The notes under the pieces: generated by a model
Seen by the model: the letters and a program-made list of their open reading frames with translations, nothing else
What the model was told of the DNA's origin: nothing
Database searches by the model: none
Part shown: positions 28,740-38,442 of the stretch, piece after piece
Layout of the letters: the number at the start of each line of letters is the position of its first letter
Position numbering within the stretch: the stretch's first letter is position 1
Origin: an uncultured Candidatus Rokubacteria bacterium
Lineage (GTDB): Bacteria; Methylomirabilota; Methylomirabilia; Rokubacteriales; DASRDR01
Assembly (NCBI GenBank): GCA_963805625.1
Contig: CAWDVE010000010.1
Coordinates: forward strand, 1,472,001 to 1,536,000
Direction: 5' to 3'
DNA length: 64,000 nucleotides
Translations under genes and position numbers: made by a program

Positions 28740-29848
28740 CGCCACCGGGGACAGGCGCCGCCGACCCCGACCTCGCGACCCTGGCCGCGGGCCCCAAGGG
28801 AACGCGAAGCCTCCGAGCCCGGGACTCCCCGCTCGCCTCGACTGCGGCTCAACTCCGGCTCCTCGAGACGCTGCCGCTCCCCGGCGGGGATTTCGACGCA
28901 ACCCTCGGAGCGTGTGGATGGACCGAGCTCAGGCCGGCGCCGCTCGAGATCTTCCAGATCAACGTGGGCCGCCTCTGTAACATGACCTGCCGCCACTGCC
29001 ACGTCGACGCGGGACCCGACCGGCTGGCGGAGAACATGGACCGCGAGACGGTCGACCTCTGCCTCGCGGCCCTCGACCGGACGACCGCGCACACGGTCGA
29101 CATCACCGGCGGGGCACCCGAGCTCAACCCTCACTTCCGCTACCTGGTCGACCAAGCCGTGGCGCGCGGAAAACATGTGATGGACCGGTGCAACCTCACG
29201 ATCCTCCTCCTTCCCCGCTGCGCCGACCTGCCCGAGTGGCTCGCGGCGCGTGGCGTCGAGATCGTATCCTCACTCCCCCACTACCGCCGGTTGAACACTG
29301 ACGCCCAGCGGGGTGAAGGCACCTTCGACCTGTCGATCGAGGCGCTGAGACGGCTGAACGCCGCGGGCTACGGGCAGGGCGATCCCAGACGCCGGCTGAC
29401 GCTCGTCAGCAATCCTGCCGGAGCGTTCCTACCCGGCTCGCAGGCTTCGCTCGAGCGCGACTGGAAGGCAGGGCTCGCCCGCCACCACGGCGTCACGTTC
29501 GACCGGCTCTTCACGCTGGTCAACATGCCGATCAATCGCTTCCTCGACTGGCTCGTCGAAAGCGGCAACCTCCAGGAGTACATGGCGCGGCTGCTGGCGA
29601 CCTTCAACCCGGCGGCGATCCCGGGTCTCATGTGTCGCAACACGATCTCGGTCGGCTGGGACGGGACGCTCCACGACTGCGACTTCAACCAGATGCTCGA
29701 CCTCCCGGTCGAGGCTCCTCCCGGTCGCCGCCCTCACGTGCGGGACCTCGACCCCGCCTGGCTCGAGACGCGCCGGATCCGCACCGCGCGTCACTGCTTC
29801 GGGTGCACGGCGGGCGCCGGGAGCTCCTGCGGCGGCGCCACGACGTGA
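28736..29848 (+). CDS. arsS: Radical SAM/Cys-rich protein, arsenosugar biosynthesis ArsS-like
   Basis: CNMTCRHC, DITGGAPE, LMCRNTISV, DCDFNQML, HCFGCTAGAGSSCGG. Confidence 0.85.
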   Translation: MTPPGTGAADPDLATLAAGPKGTRSLRARDSPLASTAAQLRLLETLPLPGGDFDATLGACGWTELRPAPLEIFQINVGRLCNMTCRHCHVDAGPDRLAENMDRETVDLCLAALDRTTAHTVDITGGAPELNPHFRYLVDQAVARGKHVMDRCNLTILLLPRCADLPEWLAARGVEIVSSLPHYRRLNTDAQRGEGTFDLSIEALRRLNAAGYGQGDPRRRLTLVSNPAGAFLPGSQASLERDWKAGLARHHGVTFDRLFTLVNMPINRFLDWLVESGNLQEYMARLLATFNPAAIPGLMCRNTISVGWDGTLHDCDFNQMLDLPVEAPPGRRPHVRDLDPAWLETRRIRTARHCFGCTAGAGSSCGGATT

Positions 29849-31371
29849 GCGATTCGCCGAGGCTGCTCCCGGACGACGTCCACAACCGCACGCTGATCCA
29901 GAACGTCCACCCACCCGGCTGGGAGAACCCGGAGCCGGCCCGGCGGTACAACCTCGTGGTGGTCGGCGCGGGGACGGCGGGCCTCGTGAGCGCGGCGGGC
30001 GCCGCGGGCCTCGGCGCCCGGGTCGCCCTGGTCGAGCGGCACTTCATGGGCGGCGATTGCCTGGTCACGGGCTGCGTCCCCTCGAAGGCTGTGATCCGCT
30101 CCTCACGCGTCATCGGCGAGATCCGGGAGGCCGCGACATTCGGCGTGAAGGTTCCCGGCGGGGTGGTGGTCGACTTCGGCGCCGTCATGGAGCGGATGCG
30201 ACGGGTCCGCGCGGAGATCAGCCCGCATGACTCGGCCTGGCGCTTCAGCCGGGAACTCGGCGTCGACGTCTTCCTCGGCGACGCGGCATTCACCGGGCCC
30301 GACACGTTGGCCGTCGCCGGCCGGACCCTTCGCTTCGCGAGGGCCGTCGTCGCCACCGGAGCGCGGCCCGGACACCCGCCGATCCCCGGCCTCGCCGAGA
30401 CCGGATTCCTCACGAGCGAGACCGTCTTCGAGCTGACCGAGCGGCCCGGTCACCTGGCCGTGTTGGGCGGCGGCCCGATCGGGTGCGAGCTGGCCCAGGC
30501 GCTCCGTCGTCTCGGCGCGGAGGTGACCCTCCTGAGCGACGTGGCGCAGCTCCTGCCGCGCGAGGATGCGGACGCGGCCGAGATCGTCCGGCAGGCGCTC
30601 CTCCGGGACGGAGTGCGGCTGATCCTCGGCGCCGAGATCGCCAGCGTCACGCGCGAGGCGACGCGGAAAGTCCTCCGCTACCGGGAGAGCGGGCGGGAGG
30701 GCACCGTGGCGGCCGATGAGATCCTCGTCGCGGCCGGCCGCGTGCCGAACGTCGAGGGGCTCGGGCTCGAGGCAGCAGGCGTACGGCACGCGCGCGAGGG
30801 CATCGTCGTGGACGACCACCTGCGGACGACGAACCGCCGGGTCTACGCCGCCGGTGATGTGTGCCTCGGCTGGAAGTTCACCCACGCCGCCGGCGCCGCC
30901 GCGCGGATCGTCGTCCAGAACGCGCTCTTCGGGCTCGCCGGCCGCCGCCGGGTGAGCCGGCTCGTCATGCCGTGGTGCACGTACACGGACCCGGAGGTGG
31001 CGCACGTCGGGCTCAGCGAGCGCGAGGCGGGCGAGCGCGGGCTCGGGATCGACACGCTCGTGCGCCGCCTCGAGGACGTGGACCGTGCGCTCACCGACGG
31101 CGAGACGGAGGGCTTCGTCAAGGTGCACGTACGGCGCGGCACCGACCGGATCGTCGGCGCGACCATCGTCGCCCGGCGGGCCGGCGAGATGATCAGCGAG
31201 GTAACGCTCGCCATCGTCGCCGGGGTCGGGCTCGGCCTGCTCTCGGACGTCATCCACCCCTACCCCACGCAGGCCGAGGCGGTGCGCCACGTCGCCGATC
31301 AGTACCAGCGGACGCGATTGACGCCCTTCGTGCGCGCGGCGCTCAGGGCCTGGCTCAGGTTGGCGCGGTGA
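29845..31371 (+). CDS. Pyridine nucleotide-disulfide oxidoreductase (mercuric reductase/dihydrolipoamide dehydrogenase-like)
   Basis: GAGTAG, GGDCLVTGCVPSK, GGGPIGCE, IHPYPT. Confidence 0.9.
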   Translation: MSDSPRLLPDDVHNRTLIQNVHPPGWENPEPARRYNLVVVGAGTAGLVSAAGAAGLGARVALVERHFMGGDCLVTGCVPSKAVIRSSRVIGEIREAATFGVKVPGGVVVDFGAVMERMRRVRAEISPHDSAWRFSRELGVDVFLGDAAFTGPDTLAVAGRTLRFARAVVATGARPGHPPIPGLAETGFLTSETVFELTERPGHLAVLGGGPIGCELAQALRRLGAEVTLLSDVAQLLPREDADAAEIVRQALLRDGVRLILGAEIASVTREATRKVLRYRESGREGTVAADEILVAAGRVPNVEGLGLEAAGVRHAREGIVVDDHLRTTNRRVYAAGDVCLGWKFTHAAGAAARIVVQNALFGLAGRRRVSRLVMPWCTYTDPEVAHVGLSEREAGERGLGIDTLVRRLEDVDRALTDGETEGFVKVHVRRGTDRIVGATIVARRAGEMISEVTLAIVAGVGLGLLSDVIHPYPTQAEAVRHVADQYQRTRLTPFVRAALRAWLRLAR

Positions 31372-32075
31372 GCAAGGCGGCCCCTGGGGGCCCCGGCCGG
31401 CTGGCCCTTCTCGCGCTCGGCCTGCTCGCGGCGGGCGTCCTCGCGTGGGCCCTCGGCCTCTACGACTGGGTACGGCCGGAGCGGCTGGCCCGCCTGAGGA
31501 CGGCGATCGAGGCATACGGGGCCTGGGGGCCCCTCCTGTACGTGGGCGGCTACGTGGTGGCCGAGCTCCTCTTCGTCCCCGCGCTCCCCCTGACGCTCCT
31601 CGGCGGGCTCGTGTTCGGGCCGATCTGGGGCACGGTATACACGTGGATCGCGGCCACCCTCGCGGCCGCGTCTGCATTCCTGGTCGCCCGGCACCTCGCG
31701 CGGGACACCGTCGAGCGCTGGCGGGCCCAGAGCCCCCGGGTCGCGCGGATCGACGCCGCCGTCGAGCGCCACGGCTGGCGCATCCTGATGGTGACCCGCC
31801 TCGTCCCGCTCTTCCCGTTCAACCTCCAGAACTTCGCGTACGGCCTGACACGGATCCCCTTTTGGACGTACGTCGGAGTGTCGTCGGTGTGCATGCTGCC
31901 AGGCACCATCGCATTCACGCTGGCGGGCGGCGCGCTCTCCGGCGGCGGCAATTCCACACGGATCGCGTGGACCCTCGCCGCCGCAGCCGCCCTGATCGTC
32001 CTCGTGTCGCTCGTGCCCCGCTGGCTCACGCAGAAGAGCCCCGCGGCCAGGGAGCTCCTTGCTCCGGACCGCTGA
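31368..32075 (+). CDS. TVP38/TMEM64 (VTT, DedA superfamily) membrane protein
   Basis: LTLLGGLVFG, RLVPLFPFNLQNFAYGLT, MLPGT. Confidence 0.9.
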   Translation: MSKAAPGGPGRLALLALGLLAAGVLAWALGLYDWVRPERLARLRTAIEAYGAWGPLLYVGGYVVAELLFVPALPLTLLGGLVFGPIWGTVYTWIAATLAAASAFLVARHLARDTVERWRAQSPRVARIDAAVERHGWRILMVTRLVPLFPFNLQNFAYGLTRIPFWTYVGVSSVCMLPGTIAFTLAGGALSGGGNSTRIAWTLAAAAALIVLVSLVPRWLTQKSPAARELLAPDR

Positions 32076-32087
32076 GGCGTCCGCGCC

Positions 32088-33086
32088 GTGAAACTCTCGA
32101 TCGTCGTCCCCGTTCTCGACGAGGCCGACCGACTCGAGGCCCTGCTGGCGGAACTCGCCCGAGACTGCCCCGGTGTCGAGGTGGTCGTCGCGGACGGCGG
32201 AAGCCGGGACGGAAGCCTGGAGATCGCCGCGCGGACCGCGGGCGTCGGTCTCGTGTCCAGCAACCGCAGCCGCGCGCGCCAGATGAACGCGGGCGCCCTC
32301 CGGGCGCTCGGTGAGATTCTCCTCTTCCTCCACGCCGACACACGCCTGCCGTCCGGAGCGGCCGAGGCCGTCCACCGCGCCCTCGCCGACCCCTCGGTCG
32401 TCTATGGCCGCTTCGACGTTCGCTTCGACAGCCCCGGGGCGGCGTTCCGGCTGATCGCCCGGCTCATGAATGTCCGCTCACGCCTGACGGGTATCTGCAC
32501 GGGAGACCAGGCGATCTTCGTCCGCCGCGCAGCGTTCGAGCGCCTCGGCGGTTACCCCGACATCGCCCTCATGGAGGACATCGAGCTCACGCGCCGGCTG
32601 AAGCGCATCGGCCGCTTTGCTCCGTTGGGGCTCCGGGTCACGACCTCCGCCCGGCGATGGGAGCAGAACGGAGTGGCGCGGACGATCGCTCTCATGTGGA
32701 CGCTGCGCTTCCTCTACCTCTGTGGGGTTAGGCCGGACCGCCTCCACCGCTGGTACTACGGAGCGCCGGCAAGCGGCGCGTCGAGCGGGAGAGGCGGGTC
32801 AGGTCCGGTGGTGCTTTACAGCGCGTCGGCGCGCCTCACGCCACCGGCGCCATCGGCTGGTCCCTTCCACGCGGCTCCCCAGGAGCACGGCCGGCACCGA
32901 GAGCAGGAGCACGACGATGAGCGCCACGCCGAGCCAGCGATTGGCGTCGGCGCCGAACCAGCGGACCGCGCTCTGCTGAACGATGAGCCCCACCAGCACG
33001 GCGCCGGACCAGAACAGCGCTCGACGTCCCACGGCTCGCCGTCCTCCACCCGTCAGGGGCGCTCGGAAGCTAGGCGTCCACCCTAG
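32088..33086 (+). CDS. Family 2 glycosyltransferase (radical SAM/arsenosugar-cluster type) with an atypical C-terminal extension
   Basis: SIVVPVLDE, DGGSRD, RARQMNAG, FLHADT, GDQAIF, MEDIE, TSARRW. Confidence 0.88.
   Translation: MKLSIVVPVLDEADRLEALLAELARDCPGVEVVVADGGSRDGSLEIAARTAGVGLVSSNRSRARQMNAGALRALGEILLFLHADTRLPSGAAEAVHRALADPSVVYGRFDVRFDSPGAAFRLIARLMNVRSRLTGICTGDQAIFVRRAAFERLGGYPDIALMEDIELTRRLKRIGRFAPLGLRVTTSARRWEQNGVARTIALMWTLRFLYLCGVRPDRLHRWYYGAPASGASSGRGGSGPVVLYSASARLTPPAPSAGPFHAAPQEHGRHREQEHDDERHAEPAIGVGAEPADRALLNDEPHQHGAGPEQRSTSHGSPSSTRQGRSEARRPP
32799..33032 (-). CDS. Small hypothetical membrane protein (2 TM)
   Basis: Two hydrophobic helices and a basic tail, with GGAGG upstream; overlaps the non-conserved tail of the glycosyltransferase. 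Confidence 0.45.
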   Translation of the reverse strand: MGRRALFWSGAVLVGLIVQQSAVRWFGADANRWLGVALIVVLLLSVPAVLLGSRVEGTSRWRRWREARRRAVKHHRT

Positions 33087-33130
33087 GACGCGCTCCCCGG
33101 TCGCGGAAGAGGGGACTCACGCAGAGGGGA

Positions 33131-34249
33131 TCACGCGGGCGCGCGGTAGCGGCGGACGAACCGGCGGTCGATGCGGTCCTTCAGCCACCAGGCGAAGCGC
33201 GAGTGGCTGACGATCCCGTGCCAGCGGAGGAGAGCCTTGCCGTCGGCGGTGTTGAGGAGCGACAGGAAGGTCCTCTGCGGGACGTACGTCGCAGGTCTCC
33301 CCTCGCCCAGCGCCGCGCGCAGGTTCCGCGCCAGCACCGGTCCCTGGCGAACCGCGTACACCCCCGCCTTCGGCGTGTTCGGGTAGTCGACGAGCGTCGC
33401 GCAATCGCCCGCGCCCCAGACGGGCGCGCCGTTGGCGCCCCGAAGCGTGGCATCGACGAGCAAGAAGCCTCGGGGATCGAGCGGGAGCCCGGCGTCCGCG
33501 AGCAGGGCGGGACCCGCGGCGCCGGCGAGCCAGACGACCAGGTCCGCGGCCGCGCGCGTCCCGTTCATGAGCTCGATGGCGTTCCCGTCCACCCGGCTCA
33601 CCGCGCTCCCCAGGGTGACGGCAACGCCGCGGCGAGCGAGGATGTCCGCCGCACGCCGCCGCACCGGTGCCTCGTAGTCCGGCAGGACGTCTGACGCCGC
33701 TTCGACGAGGGCGACCTCTGGCCGCGCGCCGGCTTCCCGGATGCGCCGGTGGACGGCCAGCGCCACCTCGACGCCACCGGCACCGGCCCCCACGATGGTC
33801 ACGCGCACGGGGCCGCGTCGGGCCGGCGCTGCCAGCGCATCGATCCGCGTCCGGAGCGCGACCGCCTGTCGCATGGGCCGGACGGTCACCGCGTGCTCCC
33901 GCACGCCCGGAACGTCGAGGCCGGCCGGGGTCCCGCCCACGTCGAGCGACAGGATATCGAAGGGAAGCCTCGCCCCGCCCAGGTCCACGGTGCGCCCGCC
34001 GACGTCGACCCGCTCGGCCATGGCCTCGAGGAGCCGTACCCCGGCGCGGGCGGCGAGCGAGGCGAGATCGATCGTCAGGTCCGCCTCCGCGTACCTGCCC
34101 TGGAGGAAGCCCGGCACCATGCCGGAGTAGTGGTGCCAGGCCGACGGCGACACGAGCGTGACCTCGGCGCCGGGAAGCGGTCGGGCGGCGAGATCGGCCA
34201 GGACGTGGAGGTGGGCGTGCCCGCCGCCCACCAAGACGAGCCGCCTCAC
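33131..34249 (-). CDS. FAD-dependent oxidoreductase of the 'N-terminal to SelD' / NDH-2-like family
   Basis: LVLVGGGHAH, YSGMVPG, GAGAGGVE, GDCA..PKAGVYAVRQGP, WWLKDRIDRRF. Confidence 0.87.
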   Translation of the reverse strand: MRRLVLVGGGHAHLHVLADLAARPLPGAEVTLVSPSAWHHYSGMVPGFLQGRYAEADLTIDLASLAARAGVRLLEAMAERVDVGGRTVDLGGARLPFDILSLDVGGTPAGLDVPGVREHAVTVRPMRQAVALRTRIDALAAPARRGPVRVTIVGAGAGGVEVALAVHRRIREAGARPEVALVEAASDVLPDYEAPVRRRAADILARRGVAVTLGSAVSRVDGNAIELMNGTRAAADLVVWLAGAAGPALLADAGLPLDPRGFLLVDATLRGANGAPVWGAGDCATLVDYPNTPKAGVYAVRQGPVLARNLRAALGEGRPATYVPQRTFLSLLNTADGKALLRWHGIVSHSRFAWWLKDRIDRRFVRRYRAPA

Positions 34250-34295
34250 GGCCGGGTGCGCGCGTCGCGGCCCGGCCTGTCCGGGAGCGCGCCCC

Positions 34296-36281
34296 TCAGG
34301 ACGGCCCCGGCGGCAGGTGCTCTCCGAACCACTCAAGCAGGATCCGGAACCGCGCGAGCCGGTGGCGCGGCCGTCCGGAGCGCGAGAGTTCGTGGTCCTC
34401 GTCCGGGAACCGCACGAAGCGAACCGTCCGCTTGAGCTTCTTGAGCGCCACGTAGAGCTGCTCCGCCTGCTCCATCGGGCACCGGAGATCGCTCTCGGAG
34501 TGCACGATCAGGAGCGGGGTGCGGATGTCACGCGCGTAGGAGAGTGGCGAACGCTCGAGATACCAGCGGAGGTCCTCCCACGGCGGCCGGCCCACCGCGT
34601 GGGCCTCCTGGAACCAGAAGCCGATGTCACTGGTCCCGTACATGCTCCACATGGCGTTGACGGCGCGCTCCGAGCACGCGGCGCGGAAACGGTCGGTGTG
34701 GCCGACGATCCAGCTCGTCATGAAGCCGCCGTAGCTCCCGCCCATCACCCCGAGCCGTCCGGCATCAAGAAAGTCGAAACGGCCGAGCGCCTCGTCGAGC
34801 CCGGCCATCAGGTCGGCGTAGTCGCCGCCGCCCCAGTCCCCCACGACCGCCCGCGCGAACGCCTCGCCGTAGCCCCGGCTGCCTCGAGGGTTCACGTACA
34901 CGACGGCATACCCCGCGCCCGCGTACACCTGGAATTCGTCGAAGAAGCGGTGGCCATACTGGCTCGCGGGCCCGCCGTGAATGTTGAGGAGCACCGGGTA
35001 GCGCCGGCCCGCCTCTCGGCCGAACGGCGGCATCACCCAGCCGTCGACGCTGAAGCCCGCGCGCTCGAACCGGAAGCGCTCCGGGCGCGCCCGCGCAACT
35101 TCCGCCTTCCAGTCCCGGTTCAGATCCGTCAGCTGCCGCTCGCCGGTCCCGTCGGCCTGGCACACGAAGACCTCCGGGGGCGACGTGTCGTCCGTGGCGG
35201 TGAAAGCGATGAGGGCGCCGTCTCCTGCTGCGGAGAAGGCGGTCACCTGGCGGGTCCCGCCGATGAGGCGCCCCGGGGCGGCGCCGCCTGCCGCCGCAAC
35301 CCGGTAGAGGGGCACGTCGCCCTCGTCCTCGACCTGGAACAGGAGCGCATCCGTCTCTCCGAGCCACTGGGGACCCACCGCGCCCATCATCGGCTCGCAG
35401 TTCCGGTCGAGGGTCGCGGTCAGGCATGCCGGCACGCCCCCGTCGGCGGGAACCACGTACAGGCGGTGGTGACGGGAGACCCCGCGGGCATCGGTATGCC
35501 CGACGTAGGCGACCGTCCGGCCGTCCGGCGAGAAAACCGGCCACGACACCGGTCCCTCGGTCCGCGTCAGCTGGCGCGCCTCGCCTCCCCCGACGGCCAC
35601 CGTGAAGACGTCCGCCGCACCGTCCTCGTCGCGGTCCGCGTGACGGGCGGACACGAACGCCACGCGCTGGCCGTCGGGCGCCCACGCGGGATGGTGATTG
35701 TCGAAGGTCCCGACGGTGAGCTGGCGGGCCGCCCCGCCGTCCACCGAGACCACGAAGACCTGCTGCGGCCGGTCGTGGACGAAACCCATGCCGTTCGACT
35801 TGTACTTGAGCACATCGATGATCCGAGGCGGCTTGGAACGCTCGCGCTCCTCCTCGTCCGCCGGCTCCTCCCACCCGCCGACTCGCGAGACAAAAGCGAG
35901 CCACCGACCGTCCGGCGACCAGGCGGGACTCGTCACGCCGGGCCGGAGGTCGGTCAGCCGCATGGCCTCCCCCCCGTCCGCCGGCATCACGTGGAGCTGG
36001 CCCTTGCCCTTCTTCTCTCGCTCGGACACGAAGGCGAGCCATCGGCCGTCGGGGGACCAGCGAGGCGCCGTGTCGCGCCGCGGCCCGCGGGTGAATGGGC
36101 GCGCGTCGCCGCCGTTCACGTCCACCACCCAGATGGTGGAGAGGTACTCGTCCCGCGCCTCGGACAGCATGGTGACGACGAAGGCGACGCGGCCCTCGTC
36201 GGGATGGAGCTGGGGATCGCTGACGAATCGGATCCGGAACAGGTCTTCCGGAACCATGGGGCGGCCAGGCGGCTGGGTCAT
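34296..36281 (-). CDS. S9 family peptidase (acylaminoacyl/dipeptidyl peptidase)
   Basis: PD40-like WSPDG repeats, IHGGP, GGSYGG, D in SDLRC, H in EDHELSRSG. Confidence 0.93.
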   Translation of the reverse strand: MTQPPGRPMVPEDLFRIRFVSDPQLHPDEGRVAFVVTMLSEARDEYLSTIWVVDVNGGDARPFTRGPRRDTAPRWSPDGRWLAFVSEREKKGKGQLHVMPADGGEAMRLTDLRPGVTSPAWSPDGRWLAFVSRVGGWEEPADEEERERSKPPRIIDVLKYKSNGMGFVHDRPQQVFVVSVDGGAARQLTVGTFDNHHPAWAPDGQRVAFVSARHADRDEDGAADVFTVAVGGGEARQLTRTEGPVSWPVFSPDGRTVAYVGHTDARGVSRHHRLYVVPADGGVPACLTATLDRNCEPMMGAVGPQWLGETDALLFQVEDEGDVPLYRVAAAGGAAPGRLIGGTRQVTAFSAAGDGALIAFTATDDTSPPEVFVCQADGTGERQLTDLNRDWKAEVARARPERFRFERAGFSVDGWVMPPFGREAGRRYPVLLNIHGGPASQYGHRFFDEFQVYAGAGYAVVYVNPRGSRGYGEAFARAVVGDWGGGDYADLMAGLDEALGRFDFLDAGRLGVMGGSYGGFMTSWIVGHTDRFRAACSERAVNAMWSMYGTSDIGFWFQEAHAVGRPPWEDLRWYLERSPLSYARDIRTPLLIVHSESDLRCPMEQAEQLYVALKKLKRTVRFVRFPDEDHELSRSGRPRHRLARFRILLEWFGEHLPPGPS

Positions 36282-36438
36282 CGGCGCTCCGTCGGGGCCG
36301 CTCGGGCGGATCGCGCGGCGGCCGACGGCAGTCTACCATCGGCACCGCCCGCGGATCCGCCCGGCCCCCGGCGGCGGGTCAGCCACCCTTGAAGCCCGGG
36401 GCAATCGGCCTGGCCAGCGGCTTGAAAGGAAGCCGCGC

Positions 36439-37011
36439 TCAGCGGGACGCGGTCGGCTTGATCCGTCCTCCGCTCGACTCGTAAGCCTCGACGGCCTTCT
36501 TGAGATCCTTGTACTGAGAGCACGGGAAGAAGCAGAGCTTGTCGAGGCGCGCGAGGTGTTCCTTGGCCTTCGGCAGGTTGTCGAGCGTGAGATACGCCTC
36601 GCCGATGTACTCGTGGGCGCCGCGATGCTTGGGATCGATGGCCAGCGCCTTCTGGTAGATGGGGATCGATCCCGCCGGATCACCGTTCCGGCGCACGGCG
36701 TAGCCCAGCCAGTTGTGGGCATCCGCGTTGGTGCCGTCCCGCGCGATGGCCTTCTGCAGCAGGGGGATCGCGGTCGCGTATTGGCCGGCGTCGATCGCCT
36801 TCACGCCGGCGGCGTAGTCGGGATCCACCGGCTTGGCGGGCATCTCCGACGGCCCCGCGCCGCCGCCACCCCCTCCGCCGCCACCGCCCCCACCGCCGCC
36901 GGCACCGTCGGCGTTCACTCCCGAGGGAGAGGCCAGGAGCAAGAGCGCGGCAAACCCCGCGCCGAGGGCCCACGCCGCGAGGGTGACCGAGGTCGACCAT
37001 CGTCCGTTCAT
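36439..37011 (-). CDS. Exported TPR-repeat protein with a poly-Gly linker
   Basis: Signal peptide, 14 consecutive Gly, TPRs ADAHNWLGY and HRGAHEYIGEAY, CxxxC near the C-terminus. Confidence 0.8.
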   Translation of the reverse strand: MNGRWSTSVTLAAWALGAGFAALLLLASPSGVNADGAGGGGGGGGGGGGGGAGPSEMPAKPVDPDYAAGVKAIDAGQYATAIPLLQKAIARDGTNADAHNWLGYAVRRNGDPAGSIPIYQKALAIDPKHRGAHEYIGEAYLTLDNLPKAKEHLARLDKLCFFPCSQYKDLKKAVEAYESSGGRIKPTASR

Positions 37012-37241
37012 GTGTGTCCTCCAGCCGGACGGGCGCGCGTCTGGGCGCACCCAGTCCTATTTCCTATTTCTGGAACGCGCCGGCAAGCCGCCGCGTTCCC
37101 GCGGCACCGGGGTGACTCCGGCCGGAGACCGAGGGTCGCGCTGCCCTGATCCCGAAGCGGCGCCGCCTTGACCCCCGCGGCCGGCTGGCCCTACAGTCGC
37201 GCCTGTCAACGGGCGCGCCTGGGGTGCGCGAGGGGGGCGAC

Positions 37242-38396
37242 ATGCGGTTTCCACTGACCGCGGAACAAGAGGGCGTCCGAGCGCGCGCCCGCGCGCTCGC
37301 CGACCAGGAGTTCCGCGAGCGGGCGGCGCGCTGGGACGAGCGCGAGGAGTACCCCTGGGAGAACGTCAAGCAGCTCGTCGAGGCAGGGTTCATGGGCATG
37401 ACCGTTCCCGCCGCATACGGCGGCCAGGGCCGCGCCCTCCTCGACGTGGTCCTCGTGATCGAGCAGGTCGCGCGAGCCTGCGGTGTGACTGGGCGCCTCC
37501 TCGTCGACTCGAACCTGGGGCCGGTCGGCGCGATCGTCCATCACGGCACCGAGGCGCAAAGGCAGAAATTCCTGCCGCGCGTGGTCCGGGGGGACAAGCC
37601 GGCCATTGCCATCACCGAGCCCGGCGCGGGCTCGGCGGCCTCCGAGCTCGAGACGCGCGCCGAGCGGGACGGCGATGCGTGGGTGCTGACCGGGACGAAG
37701 CGCTGGATCACGGGCGCGGGCGTCTCGCGGACCTACGTGGTGCTCTGCCGGTTCGACGGCATCCCCGGATCGGCGGGGATCGGCGCGCTGATCGTCGAGG
37801 CCGACACCCCGGGTCTGGCCGTCACACGGCGCGAGCGGGCGATGGGGATGCGTGGCATTCCCGAGGGCGAGGTCGTCTTCGACCGTTGCCGCGTCCCCAG
37901 CGACAACCTCCTCCTTCCCGCGGGCGGCTTCAAGCGCCTCATGTCGGCCTACAACGGCCAGCGGCTCGGCGCCGCAACGGTCGCGCTCGGCATCGCCCAG
38001 GGAGCGCTCGAGGCCGCCGTCCGGTACGCCGGGGAGCGCCAGCAGTTCGGCCGGCCGATCGGGCACTTCCAAGGGCTCCGCTGGATGGTCGCCGACATGG
38101 GGCTCCAGGTGGAGGCCGCGCGGCAGCTCATCTATCGCGCGGCGGCCAACGCCGGGCACGGCCTGCCCGACATGATCGAGGCCGCCATGGCCAAGACCCT
38201 GGCGAGCGAGACCGCCGTGCGCGTCACGAACGACGCCCTCCAGATCTTCGGGGCGAGCGGCTACTCGCGCGACCTCCCGCTCGAGCGGATGGTGCGCGAC
38301 GCCCGCATGTTCACGATTGGCGGCGGGACGGTCCAAATGATGCGGAACCTGGTCGCCGGCGCCTGGCTCGGCCGTCCGGACGACCCGGGACTCTGA
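37242..38396 (+). CDS. Acyl-CoA dehydrogenase-fold protein, 3-sulfinopropanoyl-CoA desulfinase-like
   Basis: YPWEN, GRLLVDSNLG, GDKPAI, MGMRGIPE, LMSAYNGQR, RDARMFTI. Confidence 0.8.
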   Translation: MRFPLTAEQEGVRARARALADQEFRERAARWDEREEYPWENVKQLVEAGFMGMTVPAAYGGQGRALLDVVLVIEQVARACGVTGRLLVDSNLGPVGAIVHHGTEAQRQKFLPRVVRGDKPAIAITEPGAGSAASELETRAERDGDAWVLTGTKRWITGAGVSRTYVVLCRFDGIPGSAGIGALIVEADTPGLAVTRRERAMGMRGIPEGEVVFDRCRVPSDNLLLPAGGFKRLMSAYNGQRLGAATVALGIAQGALEAAVRYAGERQQFGRPIGHFQGLRWMVADMGLQVEAARQLIYRAAANAGHGLPDMIEAAMAKTLASETAVRVTNDALQIFGASGYSRDLPLERMVRDARMFTIGGGTVQMMRNLVAGAWLGRPDDPGL

Positions 38397-38442
38397 CGAG
38401 CGGGACCCGGATTCCGGCACGCGCCGTTCCGGCCCTCGACGG

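Noticed and set aside
28736-29848. Selenocysteine in the radical SAM C-terminus
   Set aside because: The motif is GSSCGG with a TGC codon and there is no in-frame TGA.
29845-31371. True merA mercury resistance gene
   Set aside because: No C-terminal Cys-Cys pair, no NmerA domain and no mer operon.
33131-34249. Selenophosphate synthetase selD
   Set aside because: Only the flavoprotein domain is present; there is no SelD catalytic domain.
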